A stretch of 63,332 nt of DNA, counting the filler, from Octopus bimaculoides (taxonomy: Eukaryota): the NCBI RefSeq assembly GCF_001194135.2. It is 7 parts of 7 records of this genome, joined end to end, with 100 filler letters (N's around TTAATTAATTAA, not from the genome) between each part and the next. Parts side by side here need not be neighbours in the genome. Positions count along the whole stretch, not along the records: positions 24,802 to 46,957 come from NC_069006.1; 6 more parts are not named here. The stretch is one strand, 5' to 3'. The position numbers were made by a program, and so were the translations under genes. How positions within the stretch are numbered: position 1 is the stretch's first letter; every line of letters begins with the position of its first letter. Positions 27,310 through 40,528 of this stretch are shown in pieces. The notes below the pieces were generated by a model that saw nothing but the letters and a program-made list of their open reading frames with translations, did no database searches and had not been told where the DNA came from.

Positions 27310-27381
27310 AGTAAAAGAGGGTCCACCCAAATAAGATAGGAATCGAAGGGGCTTATCGGTGAAAAACGGTTGAGAACCACT
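27310..27381. mobile_element. hAT-like MITE end fragments (also 25380-25455, 47270-47690 as two tandem copies, 60361-60510)
   Basis: Terminal GGTTGAGAACCACTG and GGGGTCC motifs resembling Charlie/hAT-type termini. Confidence 0.5.
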
Positions 27382-27798
27382 GAGTTAGACAAACAGACAG
27401 ACACACAAGTTTGTTACAGTGTTTAAATGCAGAGCGTATTAAAAAGGCTAACATGAAAACTTCATGGATTAGGTTTATTCAAACAGAGCTGGGCCTTGAT
27501 CTATCTAAGTCTACTCCACTACAACCAGCAACAAGAACAGGAACTTCACATAATTAACATACTCGTATTAATTATTACAAGTTTTAAGTGCTGTGGGTAT
27601 AATGTGACATTCTGTAAACGATCACCAACCACAAACAACCACACCAGCCACCCACATACACACAATGTGTAAGTGTGTCAATGAGAGGTTTCTACATTGT
27701 AGCCTGACCTACAAAGATTAGCAGCCAAGTCTCCATCAAATCATGTCCTACTCTTCTAAAAAAATAAAATGATCTATGAGATTAATGCAGTCCTAGAT

Positions 27799-28660
27799 AA
27801 AGTATATGAATCTTGTTAACTTTCTTTCAAATTTTTTTTCACTGGATTATTTTTCAAAAAATATATTTCTGATATAGATTTTGCCTGTTGATGACGAAAA
27901 TCGAAAATCACATTCAGTTTTTCTCTGCATCCAATTGGAAGCTTCCAATCTAATGAAAATATAAAATATTTCAAGTAGACACAAGAAATTTAACAAGATC
28001 CAAGTATATCTGGTGGTAAATATAGACAGTACAGCCATAGTTAGAATAGCTTTAATCATAGGGTTACTCAGCTAGGACTATCCTGGGGCGATACACTGTG
28101 TGTGTACGCATGCATGTGTGTGTGCATACATATGTGTGACCATATTTAAAGAATAATGTAGTCGTAGACAAAATATATGAATCTTGTTAAATTTCTTTCA
28201 ACCATTTGACGTATTTCAAATTTTCACCAGATTTTTTTTCCAAAAAATTGTCCTGATATAGTTTTGCCTGCAGATGATGAAAAATTGCATTCCATTTTTT
28301 GTCTGGAAATTAACAATAAAAAAGTTTCAAGCATTTAAACTTGTGTAATTTTAGCCAATTGGAAGCCTGAAGCCTGATGAGAATTTGAAATATTTCAAGT
28401 AGTCACAAGAAATTTAACAAGATCCAACTATATCTAGAGGAAAATATAAACAGGATGGCCACAGTTGGAATAGCTTTAATTATAGGTCTGCTCAGCTAGG
28501 GCTGTCCTGGGGCTGTACAATGTGTGTGGGTGGAGGATCATTGTAAATGTAATAAAATAATGCTGTCCTAAAGCAAATCTGGGAGGAAATATAGGTAGGG
28601 TGGCCACAGTTGGAAAGCACTAACTATAGATCTGCTCTGCTGGGGCAATCTTGGCACGAA
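27799..28660. repeat. Old ~370-bp tandem duplication plus partial third unit
   Basis: TATATGAATCTTGTTAA.TTTCTTTCAA near 27803 and 28175; AAATTTAACAAGATCCAA.TATATCT in both. Confidence 0.75.
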
Positions 28661-28839
28661 ATGGTATGTGTATGTGTGTGGCTATTATATGTGTGTATAT
28701 GTGTAATTTTGATTACACACACACACATATGCACACACTCACACATTTACATACAAACATGTACTTGTGTATGTGCTACGTGTTAACAGTATTTCTGTGT
28801 TCATGTGACTGTCACATCCATGTACAAGCATATAATAGA

Positions 28840-28886
<47 letters not shown>

Positions 28887-29097
28887 GCACATGGGAAAAA
28901 GTATTGTTGCATATATTAATGTAAATGGTTGTTGCTGCAACACACAAAAAAACTGGTATCAACATTGTATTTGGGTTTCTCAGATAAAGATTTACTATTA
29001 CAACACTTACTACACACCACCACACTACTACTACTACTACTACTACTACTATTACATGCCCCCCCCCCAACACACACACACAACAGGACTCACACTC

Positions 29098-29134
<37 letters not shown>

Positions 29135-29592
29135 AACCAAATACTGGACAAAAACGAACCAAAATATGTAAAAAAAAACATCTCCCCCTCCTACCTAAAA
29201 TCTTCAGTAAATTAAAAGAATGGATAGAGGTGGGGGATAGATGGGGGTGGAGGAAGCAGAGAGGAGTGGGTGGAGTGAAGCAGTAAAGGGGGGTGTCTAC
29301 CATTGATAAGTCTTAAATTTGTTTTGTTATTGTGGGTTTTTTTTGCTTTCTTAAATTAGATATTGAATTTTACCACTTTAAATGCTTTTAAACTTTTAGC
29401 TTTTACTTGTTTTAGTCATTGGACAGCGGCCATTCTGGGGGCCTCAACTTGAAGGGTTTTCAGTCAAACAAATTGACGCCAGTACTAATTTTTTTTTACT
29501 TTATAAGTATGGTACTTGTTCTCCTTGTCTCTTCTGCCGAACTATTGACTTATGCATACACACACACATATATGCATGCACATACACACATA

Positions 29593-29630
<38 letters not shown>

Positions 29631-29796
29631 TTTTATATATATATATCTATATACATATATTTTATATATGTATATCTATATATATTTTATATATATATCT
29701 ATATATATTTTATACATATTTTATATATATATATATATATACATACATATATTTTATATATATATCTATATATATTTTATATATATATATCTATTT

Positions 29797-29840
<44 letters not shown>

Positions 29841-29843
<3 letters not shown>

Positions 29844-30000
29844 GAGAAATTACGAAAAAAACAACAGACGAAGACAGGTGGTGTAAACAACAAAAGGATG
29901 TATTAGTTTAACGCTCGGGAATAGAGAAAGTCTTTGACGTTTCGAGCTACGCTCTTCAACTGAAAGGAACAAAGAAAGAAATAAGGAGAGAAACAAGGAC
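29841..30000 (-). mobile_element. ~160-bp TA-anchored element with minimal hammerhead-like motif (copy 1); others 36212-36310 (-), 37190-37272 (-), 52845-53001 (+)
   Basis: Four homologous copies; the three with a visible terminus each end at a (TA)n tract; motif CTTT-CWGTKGAA-GAGC(n3-4)GCTC-GAAA-CGT(C/T)-AAAG. Confidence 0.7.
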
Positions 30001-30116
30001 AAAAAAAATATATATATAAATGTAGTGGTCAGCGATCTATCATGGCGATATATATCTCCAAGTGAAAGCATAATCTGTGGCCTCTGCCAGAAGTGTAGCC
30101 AGCTCACTTATTCGTA

Positions 30117-30640
30117 TCTTTACTTCATTGGACACTAAAAACCTTGCTTGCAAAGACATGTTGAGGCAAGTGAATTTGAAATCGAAATCAAACCAAATTC
30201 GATGACTGGCACCCATGCCAACTTCTCCTTCATTGGACACTAAACTCTGCTTCCAAAGACCTGTTGGGGCAAGTGAAATCGAAATCGAACCATATTTGAT
30301 GACTGGCACATGTGCCAGTGGAGCACTAACAGCACTGTCCAAGCGTGATCATTGCCAGAGCAGCTGTCTGGCTTCCGTGCTAGTGGCCCATAAATAGCAT
30401 CATTTGAGCATGATCGTTACCAGCGTCACTTTACTGGCACTTTTGCCAGTGGCACGTTAGGAAATCATTCGAGCGAGGTAATTGCCAGTGCCGCTGGACT
30501 GGCCCCTGTGCAGGTGGCACGTAAAAAACACCATTTTGAACGTGGTCGTTGCCAGTACCGTGTGACTGGTCCTCATGCCGGTGGCATGTAAAAGTACCCA
30601 CTACACTCTCAGAGTGGTTGGTGTTAGAATGTTGTTTTCC
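30117..30640 (+). mobile_element. RTE-type 3'-end repeat family with (GAT)n tail; related pieces 35205-35560 (-), 42620-42785 (+), 43638-43780 (+), 44230-44520 (-), 44575-44660 (-), 44975-45110 (-)
   Basis: Shared GGTGGCACGTAAAAGCACC internal repeats, CCACTACACTCT.GAGTGGTTGGCGTTAGGAAGGGCATCCAGC and CCCATGCTAGCATGGAAAGC..ACGTTAAACGATGATGATG end. Short-repeat tails are typical of RTE. Confidence 0.7.
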
Positions 30641-30759
30641 ACGTACCACTGGCACAAGTGCCAGTAAGGCGGTGCTTTTTACATGCCACCGGCACAGGGG
30701 CCAGTCAGCTGCCCTGGTGACAATCACACTGAGATGGTGCTCTTAGCGCTCCTTCTTTT

Positions 30760-31455
30760 CTTTTATTTGTTTTAGTCAATAGACTGTGGCCATACTGGAG
30801 CACCGCCTTTAATTGAACAAATTGTCCCCCAGGCCTCATTCTTTGTAAGCCTAGTACTTATTCTATCAGTCACTTTTGTTGAACCGCTAAGTTTACGGGG
30901 ACATAAACACACCAACATCGGTTGTCCAGCTATGGCGCAGGGTCAAACACAGACATACAAACCTATACATACATGTGTGTGTGTGTGTGTGTGTCTTTGT
31001 GCCTGTGTTTGTCCTCCACCGCTACTTGACAATCCAGGTTAGTTTGTTTACATCCCTTGTAACTCAGCATTCCAGCAAAGGAGACTAATAGAAAAAATAC
31101 TAGAGGTGGTTTGTTTATGTCACTTATAACTTAGCATTCTGGCAAAGGAGACCAATAGAATAAAATACCAGAGTTGGTTTGTTTATGTCCCTTATAACTT
31201 AGCAGTCTGGCAAAGGAGTCCAATAGAATAAAGTACCAGAGTTGGTTTGTTTATGTCCCTTATAACTTAGCATTCTGGCAAAGGAGACCAATAGAATAAA
31301 GTACCAGAGTTGGTTTGTTTATGTTCCTTATAACGCAATAGAATAAAGTACCAGGCTTTAAAAAAAAGTGCTGAGGTCAATTCATTCAACTAAATGTTCT
31401 TCAATGTGGTGCTCCAGTATGGCCCCTAGTTTAATGATTGAAACAAGTAAAATAT
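30760..31455. mobile_element. Two family A second halves back to back (30760-30960 minus; 30990-31455 plus with internal 68-bp tandem array)
   Basis: Both contain the GGTGCTCCAG..TGGCC and GATAGAATAAGTAC motifs, in opposite orientations. Confidence 0.8.
31036..31355 (+). repeat. 68-bp tandem array derived from the SINE family A interior
   Basis: Units start at 31105, 31173, 31241 and 31309, plus a diverged first unit. Confidence 0.92.
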
Positions 31456-32103
31456 ATAAGATTTAAAAAAATGACAATAAAGTTAAATCTTAAAAAAAAA
31501 AAAAAACGCATGGTAAGAAAGAAAAGATTTTATCGTTAATTATTCTGCCATAGTTAACAACTTCAGGTGTCAACTTCCCTTAAAAACAACCTCTACAATC
31601 GACCCCCCCCCCCATCAGTATTGTCATGGGAGACAAGGCCAGAGGTGAAGAGGTTAAAGTTTTGTTTTGGAAGATGTTTCTTGGTCATCCATCTTTTTAA
31701 ACAATAAGTAAACATTCTCTCCAACTACCACTTAACATCATTACACACCTGCCTGCTGTGTCAATGACACACCTTGACATTAACAACCAGACATAAACAG
31801 GCAACAGGTAAGTACACACAAACACACATACACCCATGCACGCAAACACACACACACATACTCATTAACAGGTGCAGGCATGCGTGCATGTTTGCACACA
31901 CATCAACAGGTACACACACACAATAGATAGACACAAACACATCAACAGGTACACACACTCACACATACAAAATAGATAGACACAAACACATCAACAAGCA
32001 TACACACACATGCAAACAGGCAAATATACACACATCAACAGACACACACACACACTCACACACAGATACAGATCAACAAGAACACACAGAAATCAACAGG
32101 CAG

Positions 32104-32138
<35 letters not shown>

Positions 32139-33034
32139 CAAATCAACAGACACACACAATAACATTTGTCAAAAGTATTTTAAAATATTAACCATCAACA
32201 ACAACAACAAAAGCAAGGAAGAAGACAACAAAGAGAACAAAGAGAACAACTGGGGTTCTTTTAGGTGAGGCTTTTTACTACCTTGACACCTGAGCCATCA
32301 CCAACCATCACCACTACCTCTACCATTATCCATCAGCACTACACAACCACCACCACCACCACCACCACTACCACTGCCATCATCCACCATCAACACCACT
32401 ACCTCTACCATTATCCATTACCACCACACAACCACCAAACACAAACACCGCCAGCCACTTTTGCCACTGCCATCATTCAAGCCAGTGTCATTCAGATGTC
32501 ACACAGAAGACAATGGCAAGTCAGCTTGTTCAGACTCCAGTGGAGAAGAAGAAGAAATACCTGCTGACTAAAGAAAGGTGTGGCAAGGAAGACATATAAA
32601 CTCTGTAGTAATCTGAAGTAAATTAATTTGTGAGAGAGAGAGAGAGAGAGAGAGGGGGGAGGAGAGCAGAGAGGGTAGAAAAGAAAGGTGGTTAGGAAAC
32701 AAAGAGAGGGGGAGAAGACCCATAAACTCTAGTTATCTAAAGTAGTAATCTGTGGCAGAGACAGAGACAGAGAAAGAAGAACAGAGAGTATAAGAGAGAG
32801 GAGGAGAGGAAAAAGGCAAGAATTGAATGTGAGGGAGAGGAGGGCAAAGGGCCAAAAGGGGCTACAAGCAAAATGAAAAGATCCTTATTTTTATTAAACA
32901 AACTGTTCCTCTTTTTACTTGTTTCAACAATCTAAAGTTTATGGTATTGTTCAGCTCCCAGGTCAGTCCTAATCTTTCAATCAAAGGCATTTCAAATGTG
33001 ACTATCTAGTTTTTTAATCTTCAGTGAACTGGAT

Positions 33035-33550
33035 GCAGGTGGGACTTTGTAGTGAGAAGCTTGCTTCCCAACCACAGGGTTCCAGGTTCAGTCCCACTAT
33101 GTGGTACTTTGGGCAAGTGTCGTCTACTATAGCTTCAGGCTAACCAAAGCTTTGTGAGTAGATTTGGTAGCTGGAAACTGAAGGAAGCCCATCGTGTGTA
33201 TACACACACAAACACATAGACACAGGCATGGATGAGTGGTAAGGAGCTTTCTTCTCAACCACATGGTTTTGGGTTCATTCCCACTGCGTGGCACTTTGGG
33301 CAAATGTCTTCCACTATAGGCTTGGCAACAATGTTAAAACTTAAGTAAATAAGTTATTTTTTTATTAAATATAACAAGTCCAGGAACTCTTTGATACCAC
33401 CTCATATATACAAGAAGCTTGCTTTGCAACCAAATGGTTTCAGGTTCAGTCCCACTGCATGGCACTACAAGTAGATGTCTTCTTTTACTAAAGCCTCAGG
33501 TTGTCCAAAGCCTTCAGAATGAAAATGAGACAGAAACTGTGTTGAAGCCT
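33035..33550 (+). mobile_element. Three consecutive decayed family A heads
   Basis: GGTTCAGTCCCACT-like B-box segments near 33085, 33272 and 33443. Confidence 0.8.
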
Positions 33551-33551
33551 A

Positions 33552-33609
<58 letters not shown>

Positions 33610-34124
33610 NNNNNNNNNNNNNNNNNNNNNNNNNNNNNNNNNNNNNNNNNNNNNNNNNNNNNNNNNNNNNNNNNNNNNNNNNNNNNNNNNNNNNNNNNNN
33701 NNNNNNNNNNNNNNNNNNNNNNNNNNNNNNNNNNNNNNNNNNNNNNNNNNNNNNNNNNNNNNNNNNNNNNNNNNNNNNNNNNNNNNNNNNNNNNNNNNNN
33801 NNNNNNNNNNNNNNNNNNNNNNNNNNNNNNNNNNNNNNNNNNNNNNNNNNNNNNNNNNNNNNNNNNNNNNNNNNNNNNNNNNNNNNNNNNNNNNNNNNNN
33901 NNNNNNNNNNNNNNNNNNNNNNNNNNNNNNNNNNNNNNNNNNNNNNNNNNNNNNNNNNNNNNNNNNNNNNNNNNNNNNNNNNNNNNNNNNNNNNNNNNNN
34001 NNNNNNNNNNNNNNNNNNNNNNNGTAAGCATCTATGTGTATGACTGTTTATGCTTGTTCTCCACTGCCGTTTAATAACCATTTTCTCTTTGTTTATGCCC
34101 CCTATTCATAGTGTATTGGTTTGG

Positions 34125-34280
34125 GAAAAGAGACAGATAGAATAAGTACCAGACTGCAAAAAAAAAAATAATAACAATACTAATAAAATAAGTCCTGGGG
34201 GCAATTTGTTCAAGTAAAACTCTTGAAGATTATGCTCCAGCATGGTTGCGGTTCAGTGATTGAAACAAGTGAAAGATAAA
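34125..34280 (+). mobile_element. SINE family A second-half fragment
   Basis: GAGACAGATAGAATAAGTACC...GCTCCAGCATGG...TGAAACAAGT. Confidence 0.75.
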
Positions 34281-35561
34281 AAGCAAAAGACAAAGAATCA
34301 AGATGAAAGCACAGAATGCTACCCCACCCCCTCCACCACAAACACACACACCAAAAAGAAAAAAAAAAAAAATTATGATAATGATGGTGATGGTGGAGGT
34401 GGTGTTTGTTCCTCAGTGAGTAGCTCAGGCGCTCCCTTGTCACTGTTGTTGTAATAAATTAGCTGAAAGGAAACAAGTAACCAATAAAGCTATTTATTCA
34501 CCAAACACCATGCAAAACAAGGAAAAATGGATAAATAAATAGAGACAAATGCTTGATAATTAAGAAAACCAAAACCAAAAAAAAAAAAAGAAAAACTAGA
34601 AAAATGAGAAAAAAAAATTTTGTTTTTTTCAAATTGGTTAAGTCTAGTGTGAAAATATATATAATAATTGTTATTTTTTTCTTAGCAATAATTATGGTAA
34701 TTAACGAGAGTGGTGAAAATATATGAAACTGTGGGAGTGTTGGGTTTTGAAAATTTTTGTGTACTTAGTGTAATGATCCAGTGCAATGTGTAGCTGGTTC
34801 TAATACAGCCGCACTCATTGTATGTATGTGTGTGTATATATGCATGTATATATGTATGAAAGGACATGGCTCAGTGGTTAGAGCATCAGGCTCACAATTA
34901 TGAAGTTATGAGTTTGATTCCTGGACTGGGCTATGTGTTGTGTTCTTGAGCAAGACACTTTATTTAATGATTGCTCCAGTTCATTCACCGGTAGAAGGGA
35001 GTTACAACATCACAGGTGCCAAGCTGTATTGGCCCCTTTGACTGAACCCGGGACCATGTGGTTGGTAAGCAAGCTACTTACCACATAGCCACTCCTGCGC
35101 CTATAAGATGATTCATGAGGAATCCTAAATAAGTACAAACTTTTATGGCCATTTCAAGAAGATATAGGTTGATATGGGCGAGCTAAGTCCAACCATGATC
35201 ATCATCATCATCGTTTAATGTCCGCTTTCCATGCTAGCATGGGTTAGACGATTTGACTGTGGACTGGTAAACCAGATGACTACACCAGGCTCCAATCTGA
35301 TTTGGCAGAGTTTCTACAGCTGGATGCCCTTCCTAACGCCAACCACTCAAAGAGTGTAGTGGGTGCTTTTACATGCCACCAGCACGAAGGCCAGTCAAGA
35401 GGTACTGGCAACAGCCATGCTTGAAATGGTGTATTTTACGTGCCACCTGCACAGGAACCAGTCCAGCGGTACTGGCAACGAATTCGGTCAAATGTCTTTT
35501 CATGTGCCAGGAGGGCGACGTTGGTAACGATCACGCTCAAATGGTGCTATTTACGTGCATA

Positions 35562-35782
35562 CTTTTCTCATCCAAGTTAAGGGATTCAAAGAGTTGTTAA
35601 AATTTTAAGAGATATGAGAGGTTTGAGAATTTTTCAAAAACGAATGTACCTTCACCTGTAACTATAATTTTAATTATATCATTTGCATGAAGAGTATGGT
35701 TTGTTTCTGAAAAATTCTCAAACCTCTCATATCCCTTAAAATTTTAACAACTCTTTGAACCCCTTAACTCTGATGAGAGTGG
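35562..35782. mobile_element. MITE with ~75-bp terminal inverted repeats, probable TA TSD (Tc1/mariner type)
   Basis: CTCATCCAAGTTAAGGGATTCAAAGAGTTGTTAAAATTTTAAG... is mirrored at 35700-35778; TA at 35560-61 and 35783-84; it truncates the adjacent RTE-type repeat. Confidence 0.8.
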
Positions 35783-35814
35783 TATAGATAACTGTTAAGG
35801 TTGGAGTTAGCTCG

Positions 35815-36115
35815 CCCATTGGATTGCACCTAGAAAGTTCCCCCTCTGAGGCACAAGTCCAGGTAAGGTCGTTAATGGAACACCAGCAGTTGCCCATGCA
35901 TACCAGCCTCCCCACCCAGTTCCACTGATGTTATCCAAGGCAAAGGCAAAAGCTGATACTGTTTGGCACCAGTGATGATGTTGCAACTCATTTCTACAGC
36001 TGAGTGAATTGGAGCAACGTGAAATGAAGTGTCTTGCTCAAGAACACAGCCCATCTGCGAATTGAACTCACAACCTCAGGATTGCGAGTCTGATGCTCTA
36101 ACCACTGAGCCATGC
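35815..36115 (-). mobile_element. tRNA-headed CORE-like SINE (family C); related copies 11765-12000 (-), 23530-23790 (+), 34862-35040 (+)
   Basis: GCATGGCTCAGTGGTTAGAGCA A-box, GAGTTCAATTC B-box, GTTCTTGAGCAAGACACTTCATTTCACGTTGCTCC segment resembling the CORE domain as recalled. Confidence 0.75.
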
Positions 36116-36116
36116 A

Positions 36117-36212
<96 letters not shown>

Positions 36213-37273
36213 GGGAGAATATACAAATAATAACAACAGACGAGGACAGGTGGTGTAAATAACAAAAGGATATATTAGTATGACGCTCGGGAATACGGAA
36301 AGTCTTTGACNNNNNNNNNNNNNNNNNNNNNNNNNNNNNNNNNNNNNNNNNNNNNNNNNNNNNNNNNNNNNNNNNNNNNNNNNNNNNNNNNNNNNNNNNN
36401 NNNNNNNNNNNNNNNNNNNNNNNNNNNNNNNNNNNNNNNNNNNNNNNNNNNNNNNNNNNNNNNNNNNNNNNNNNNNNNNNNNNNNNNNNNNNNNNNNNNN
36501 NNNNNNNNNNNNNNNNNNNNNNNNNNNNNNNNNNNNNNNNNNNNNNNNNNNNNNNNNNNNNNNNNNNNNNNNNNNNNNNNNNNNNNNNNNNNNNNNNNNN
36601 NNNNNNNNNNNNNNNNNNNNNNNNNNNNNNNNNNNNNNNNNNNNNNNNNNNNNNNNNNNNNNNNNNNNNNNNNNNNNNNNNNNNNNNNNNNNNNNNNNNN
36701 NNNNNNNNNNNNNNNNNNNNNNNNNNNNNNNNNNNNNNNNNNNNNNNNNNNNNNNNNNNNNNNNNNNNNNNNNNNNNNNNNNNNNNNNNNNNNNNNNNNN
36801 NNNNNNNNNNNNNNNNNNNNNNNNNNNNNNNNNNNNNNNNNNNNNNNNNNNNNNNNNNNNNNNNNNNNNNNNNNNNNNNNNNNNNNNNNNNNNNNNNNNN
36901 NNNNNNNNNNNNNNNNNNNNNNNNNNNNNNNNNNNNNNNNNNNNNNNNNNNNNNNNNNNNNNNNNNNNNNNNNNNNNNNNNNNNNNNNNNNNNNNNNNNN
37001 NNNNNNNNNNNNNNNNNNNNNNNNNNNNNNNNNNNNNNNNNNNNNNNNNNNNNNNNNNNNNNNNNNNNNNNNNNNNNNNNNNNNNNNNNNNNNNNNNNNN
37101 NNNNNNNNNNNNNNNNNNNNNNNNNNNNNNNNNNNNNNNNNNNNNNNNNNNNNNNNNNNNNNNNNNNNNNNNNNNNNNNNNNNNNNNNNTTTAACGCTTG
37201 GGAATAGAGAAAGTCTTTAACGTTTCAAGTCCACGCTCTTCAACTGAAAGAAATAAGGAGAAAAACAAGGAGG

Positions 37274-37466
37274 TGTTTGTCCCCCCACCATCGCTTGACA
37301 ACCGATGCTGGTGTGTTTACGTCCCCGTAACTTCGAGGTTCGACAAAAAAGAGACCGATAGAATAAGTACTAGGCTTACAAAGATTAAGTCCTGGGGTTG
37401 ATTTGCTCGACTAAAGGTGGTGCTCCAGCATGGCCACAGTCAAATGACTGAAACAAGTAAAAGAGT
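37274..37466 (+). mobile_element. SINE family A second half
   Basis: Near-identical to 22670-22860. Confidence 0.85.
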
Positions 37467-37809
37467 ATACCCCGGTATCATACACAATATATGTACAGGA
37501 AAAAGATTGTAAGCTGGATGTGAAAAATCACATCTAAATTAATTAAGAATTTCAAAAAAAATTTATTGAAAGCTTCCCATGCTTTTGGGCTAACCCTACA
37601 ATAATTCATCTATGTGTTTGTCCTTTTTTCTTGTTTCTTGAATGGTTGGGCATGTGATTTGAGGGAAATTTGGCTCCAATTTTTAGCAGGTCGATCGACA
37701 CACAGAGTCTGTTGGCTCAATTCAGTGGACTGTAGGAGAATCTGGCAGCTAACTTGGCAATATAACTGAAGTTTGTTATATACAGCAGACAGATAGGAAT
37801 TTTGTATAC

Positions 37810-37867
<58 letters not shown>

Positions 37868-40327
37868 ACAAACACACACACTCAGTCACTAACACACACA
37901 TACACAGAGAGCAGTGAATGGGGTTAACAGGAACTGCTAATCAGATAATCAGCACAATGTAAAGGAGGGGGGAGGTAAAGGTAGGGAGGAGGGGGNNNNN
38001 NNNNNNNNNNNNNNNNNNNNNNNNNNNNNNNNNNNNNNNNNNNNNNNNNNNNNNNNNNNNNNNNNNNNNNNNNNNNNNNNNNNNNNNNNNNNNNNNNNNN
38101 NNNNNNNNNNNNNNNNNNNNNNNNNNNNNNNNNNNNNNNNNNNNNNNNNNNNNNNNNNNNNNNNNNNNNNNNNNNNNNNNNNNNNNNNNNNNNNNNNNNN
38201 NNNNNNNNNNNNNNNNNNNNNNNNNNNNNNNNNNNNNNNNNNNNNNNNNNNNNNNNNNNNNNNNNNNNNNNNNNNNNNNNNNNNNNNNNNNNNNNNNNNN
38301 NNNNNNNNNNNNNNNNNNNNNNNNNNNNNNNNNNNNNNNNNNNNNNNNNNNNNNNNNNNNNNNNNNNNNNNNNNNNNNNNNNNNNNNNNNNNNNNNNNNN
38401 NNNNNNNNNNNNNNNNNNNNNNNNNNNNNNNNNNNNNNNNNNNNNNNNNNNNNNNNNNNNNNNNNNNNNNNNNNNNNNNNNNNNNNNNNNNNNNNNNNNN
38501 NNNNNNNNNNNNNNNNNNNNNNNNNNNNNNNNNNNNNNNNNNNNNNNNNNNNNNNNNNNNNNNNNNNNNNNNNNNNNNNNNNNNNNNNNNNNNNNNNNNN
38601 NNNNNNNNNNNNNNNNNNNNNNNNNNNNNNNNNNNNNNNNNNNNNNNNNNNNNNNNNNNNNNNNNNNNNNNNNNNNNNNNNNNNNNNNNNNNNNNNNNNN
38701 NNNNNNNNNNNNNNNNNNNNNNNNNNNNNNNNNNNNNNNNNNNNNNNNNNNNNNNNNNNNNNNNNNNNNNNNNNNNNNNNNNNNNNNNNNNNNNNNNNNN
38801 NNNNNNNNNNNNNNNNNNNNNNNNNNNNNNNNNNNNNNNNNNNNNNNNNNNNNNNNNNNNNNNNNNNNNNNNNNNNNNNNNNNNNNNNNNNNNNNNNNNN
38901 NNNNNNNNNNNNNNNNNNNNNNNNNNNATATATATATATATATACATATATATATCATGGACACTCCTGTCATTAGATGACATATGAGGGTTTGGCAATT
39001 TCTTGCTGAACCATCACACAGATGATTTGTTTAAAGTGATCATATGTTTGTGTAGACACAAGCTCACTCTCTCCATCAATTCGACATTACCTGTACAGGT
39101 GCCACATCTCAGGTGCCAAAATGATCGCAGAGCAATGTGAATTGAAGTGCTTTGCTCAAGGATATAACACAACAGAGGCGTAGGAGTGGCTGTTATTTAT
39201 AAAGTCACATCACAAGGCACTAACAACACCAACCATTTTAGACTACACATAGCACTAACATCATCAGTTATAGACCACACAACACCGATAATTCATAAAG
39301 TCACACAACACACACACATCACCAGTTACTATAAACCACACAAGACTAGATTGTCATAATCCATGCCACAAGATGTTCACACCCCAAGTTTTTACAGACC
39401 ACACATCATCATAAAGTACACACAACACCAGTTATTTATAAAGCAATACAAAATGCACACACACACACACATACACACATACAGAACACCACTTACTATA
39501 ACTCAAAAGACTAGCTATTTGTAATCCATACAAGATAACCCACACCACAAGATTAATCCACACCAGAAGATCAATCTACACAAGATAACCCATACCACAA
39601 GATTGTAACTCACACCCAAGATTTTACAGATCACACAACACCGTCTATTTATAGATCCACACCATAAAATACACAAGCAAACTAACTACTTGAGTAATTT
39701 CCGAACAAACTAAGCTGACTGAACAGGAGAAGAAAGGAAAAGTTACTTTACGTGCAAGATGGCACATGTTCTCAAATTAATTATCAAAACCTATAAATAA
39801 TGGTCAATCTTAATCGTTACATTTCACTTCTTTCTTTTCTTTTGTTTTTTTGTTTTTTGTTGCTATATTTGGATTTTTTGTTTCTTTTGTATGTTTGTTT
39901 TGAACTCAACGAATATAGGACAACAACAGTAACAACAAAAAATAAATTAAAAAGCCAAAAACAATGTATTATAAAGAACACAAAAAGATGGCCCTATAAT
40001 AATTATATGTTTAACCCATTAGTGTTTAAACTGGCTATATCTGGCCCAAATATTCTACATGTTTTATATTTGAACTAGCCATATCTAGCCCCTCACACCT
40101 AACCTACAGAGACATTCTAAAAATAAATAATCACATCATTGAAACCTCAAAGCTATGAGATAATGCGTGATTAATTCAAAACAATTTGAGTGAAAAAGCA
40201 TTACATTTAACAGAGTAATCTCTCCATCAATTCGACATTACCTGTACAGGTGCCACATGTCAGGTGACAAAATGATCGCAAAGCAATGTGAAATGAAGTG
40301 CTTTGCTCAAGGATATTACACAACATA

Positions 40328-40493
40328 GGGCGTAGGAGTGGCTGTGTGGTGAGTAGCTTGCTTACGAACCACATGGTTCCGGGTTCAGTCCCACTATGCG
40401 GCACCTTGGGCAAGTGTCTTCTACTATAGCCTCGGGCCAAACAAAGCCTTGTGAGTGGATTTGGTAGACAGAAACTGAAAGAAGCCTGTCGTA

Positions 40494-40528
<35 letters not shown>

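Noticed and set aside
28370-28400. CTGATGAGAATTTGAAATATT as a hammerhead; also CTGATGAAGGGTC on minus near 75-87
   Set aside because: The first has no stem II G-C pair or stem I, and its duplicate at about 27950 lacks the core; the second has no downstream GAAA.
31036-31355. 68-bp and 29-bp (56766-57185) arrays as CRISPR arrays
   Set aside because: Units are contiguous with no unique spacers, one array derives from a SINE, the context is eukaryotic and no cas genes are present.
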